From the NCBI GenBank assembly GCA_963771175.1, contig CAVYSY010000039.1:384001-448000 (forward strand): a stretch of DNA of 64,000 bases, written 5' to 3'. A program made the position numbers and the translations under genes. The notes under the pieces were generated by a model, which saw nothing but the letters and a program-made list of their open reading frames with translations, had not been told where the DNA came from and ran no database searches. Origin of the DNA: an uncultured delta proteobacterium (GTDB lineage: Bacteria; Myxococcota; Myxococcia; Myxococcales; Myxococcaceae). Every line of letters starts with the position of its first letter. The stretch's first letter is position 1. This document shows, piece after piece, positions 62,285 to 64,000 of this stretch.

Positions 62285-62868
62285 CTAGGCCGCGGTCTCG
62301 GTGACGCCCCACTGCTTGACGAGGTTCTTGCCGGAGCCCGTGGCCATGTTCACCGTCTGCTCCAGGGTCTGCGGCTTGATGCCGACCTGGAGGGTGTAGT
62401 TCTTGGGCGACTGCACCTCGCTGGACGGGTCGTCCGCCACCGACAGGTTCAGGTCATCCCCGTTCTTCTCCAGGATGCCCTTGAGCTCCGCGTCGATGTA
62501 GTTCGACTTGAAGTACTTCTTCTGGCGCCGGGTCGTACTCGTAGATGACGTAGCTGAACATCACCTCGACGTTGGCCCAGGTGCCCAGCAGCGCGGCGGC
62601 CAGCGATCTGCTTGTTGTTGGTGGAGATCTGCGCGGAGAAGTACATGGCGTCCGTGATGCCCGTCTCCCACAGGTAGTGGTTGAGCACGCCCACCACCTT
62701 GGTCGCGAGGGCCTTGTCCGGCTGCTCCGGATCCTTGATGGTCTCCTGATCGGCCGTCAGCTCCACATCACCGACCTTCAGCTTGGTGATGTAGCCCACC
62801 GACGACTGCTTGTCCTTCTTGAAGTTGAAGCCCTGGTAGACGTCCAGGGAACGAGCGAATTGAGGCAT
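62285..62868 (-). CDS. Putative tail-tube protein (IglC-like position; no canonical Hcp motif; two frameshifts)
   Basis: About 193 aa after stitching: MPQFARSLDVYQGFNFKKDKQSSVGYITKLKVG...YEYDP..KKYFKS...VKQWGVTETAA. Strong RBS (AAGGAGGGAG), very biased codons, located between tssC and tssK. Confidence 0.6.
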
Positions 62869-62914
62869 TGCTCCCTCCTTCTTTGCCTGAGTAGTGACTA
62901 CGACGGGCGCCCGG

Positions 62915-64000
62915 TCATCCCAGGCGAGACTCCAGCATCAGCTCCACATTGAGGCCTTCGAACTGGATGTGCGGCAGGACGGCCACCTTGCAGTCGTACC
63001 AGCCGATCTCTCCCGGGCGCGACTCCACCACGACGCTGGTGGCCTTGAACGGGAAGCGCCGCAGCGTGAGGTCGTCCGGGTTGACCACCGTGGTGACGTA
63101 GCCCGACAGCCACGACGTCGATCTGCCGCTGGACGTAGCCGGCATCGGCGGTGCTGCCGATGTTGTCGCGCATGATGCTCTTGATGTAGTGCGCGAGCCG
63201 GGTGATGGAGAACGTGTAGGCCAGGTTGGTGACGAGCTGCGAGTTCTCCGAGTCCTTCGGGTCCTTGAACTTCTTGGCCCGCTTGATGGACTGGGTGCTG
63301 AAGAACGTCGCCTCACCGGAGCCCTTGCGGTACACCAGCGGGATGAAGCCGTTGCGAGCGAACTCGAACTCGCGGTAGTCCGGGATGGCGATCTCCACCG
63401 GCGCCTGGATCATCTTCTGCCCGCGCAGGGTGAAGGTGTCCACCGGCAGGCCGGTGACGAGCCCGCCGCCCTTGGGGCCGCGGATGGACTGGCACCAGCC
63501 GGACTGCTCGAAGGACTTCACCAGGTTGCGGCCCAGCAGGTAGGCCGTGTTGCCCCACAGGTACTTCTTGGAGTCGCCCTGGGCGTCCTCCTTGAAGTTG
63601 AGCACGTCGCAGGGGTTGCTGTCCGGATCCCACGGCTGGCGCACCACGTAGCGCGGCAGCGTCAGGCCGATGTACGCGGCCTCTTCCTTGTCGCGCAGCT
63701 CGTTCCACTTGCTGTAGCGCGGGTGGCTCAGCACGCCGTCCAGGTTCTTGAGCGACTCGAGCTGCTCGACGCTGTCGCAGTCGAAGAACTTGGGGCTGGC
63801 CGAGGCGATGAACGGGCAGTGCGCGGCGTTGGCCACCTTGCCCATGCGCTCCAGCCAGGTGATGTCCGGCGCGCGAGGAGGTGAACTCGTACAGGCCCAG
63901 CATCACGCCGTAGGGACGGCCGCCGAACTGGTCGTACTCCTTGATGTAGATCTTGTCGAAGAGGGCGCTGGAGAAGATGCTGCTCGAGTTCTTCTCGAAG
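62915..64000 (-). CDS. tssC: Contractile sheath large subunit TssC (IglB-like); partial, frameshifted
   Basis: EYDQFGGRPYG, AAHCPFIAS, YIGLTLPR, YLWGN, IRGPKGGG, RLAHYIK..MRDNIG and PHIQFEGL motifs. Confidence 0.92.

Noticed and set aside
44008..64000. Prophage or mobile element explanation for the tail-like genes
   Set aside because: There is no capsid, terminase, integrase, transposase or att/tRNA site. A TssJ/L/M-type membrane complex indicates a cell-anchored secretion system, and codon usage matches the host.

Overview
High-GC DNA whose gene content and synteny (cmk-hisC-accA, nla6S/nla6, second clpX, AgmX-type and Cys-rich lipoproteins) point to a myxobacterium, probably Cystobacterineae. 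Many genes are broken by 1-nt indels that look like long-read assembly errors; I stitched them across frames. 1-8 kb: surface lipoprotein, GAF protein and a Fur-boxed iron-uptake operon (TonB, PepSY, TonB-dependent receptor, PiuC). 8-44 kb: mostly housekeeping or myxobacterial core genes, including a sulfur-carrier cluster (MoeB, TusA, MoaD/ThiS-like, JAB, CysC, LarE). This stretch also has a phased 11-bp GGATCA array upstream of a ribbon-helix-helix gene and an unannotated 35-aa basic ORF. 44-64 kb holds the main finding: a contractile injection cluster whose sheath sequence, non-Hcp tube candidate, split spike and gene order resemble the Francisella pathogenicity island (T6SS subtype ii) more than the canonical T6SS-i. 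It faces a convergent three-gene module encoding a TssB-TssC-like fusion, a second spike-hub paralog with a helical tail, and a long 11-residue-repeat helical protein. All family assignments are from motif recognition and memory; no database search was run.
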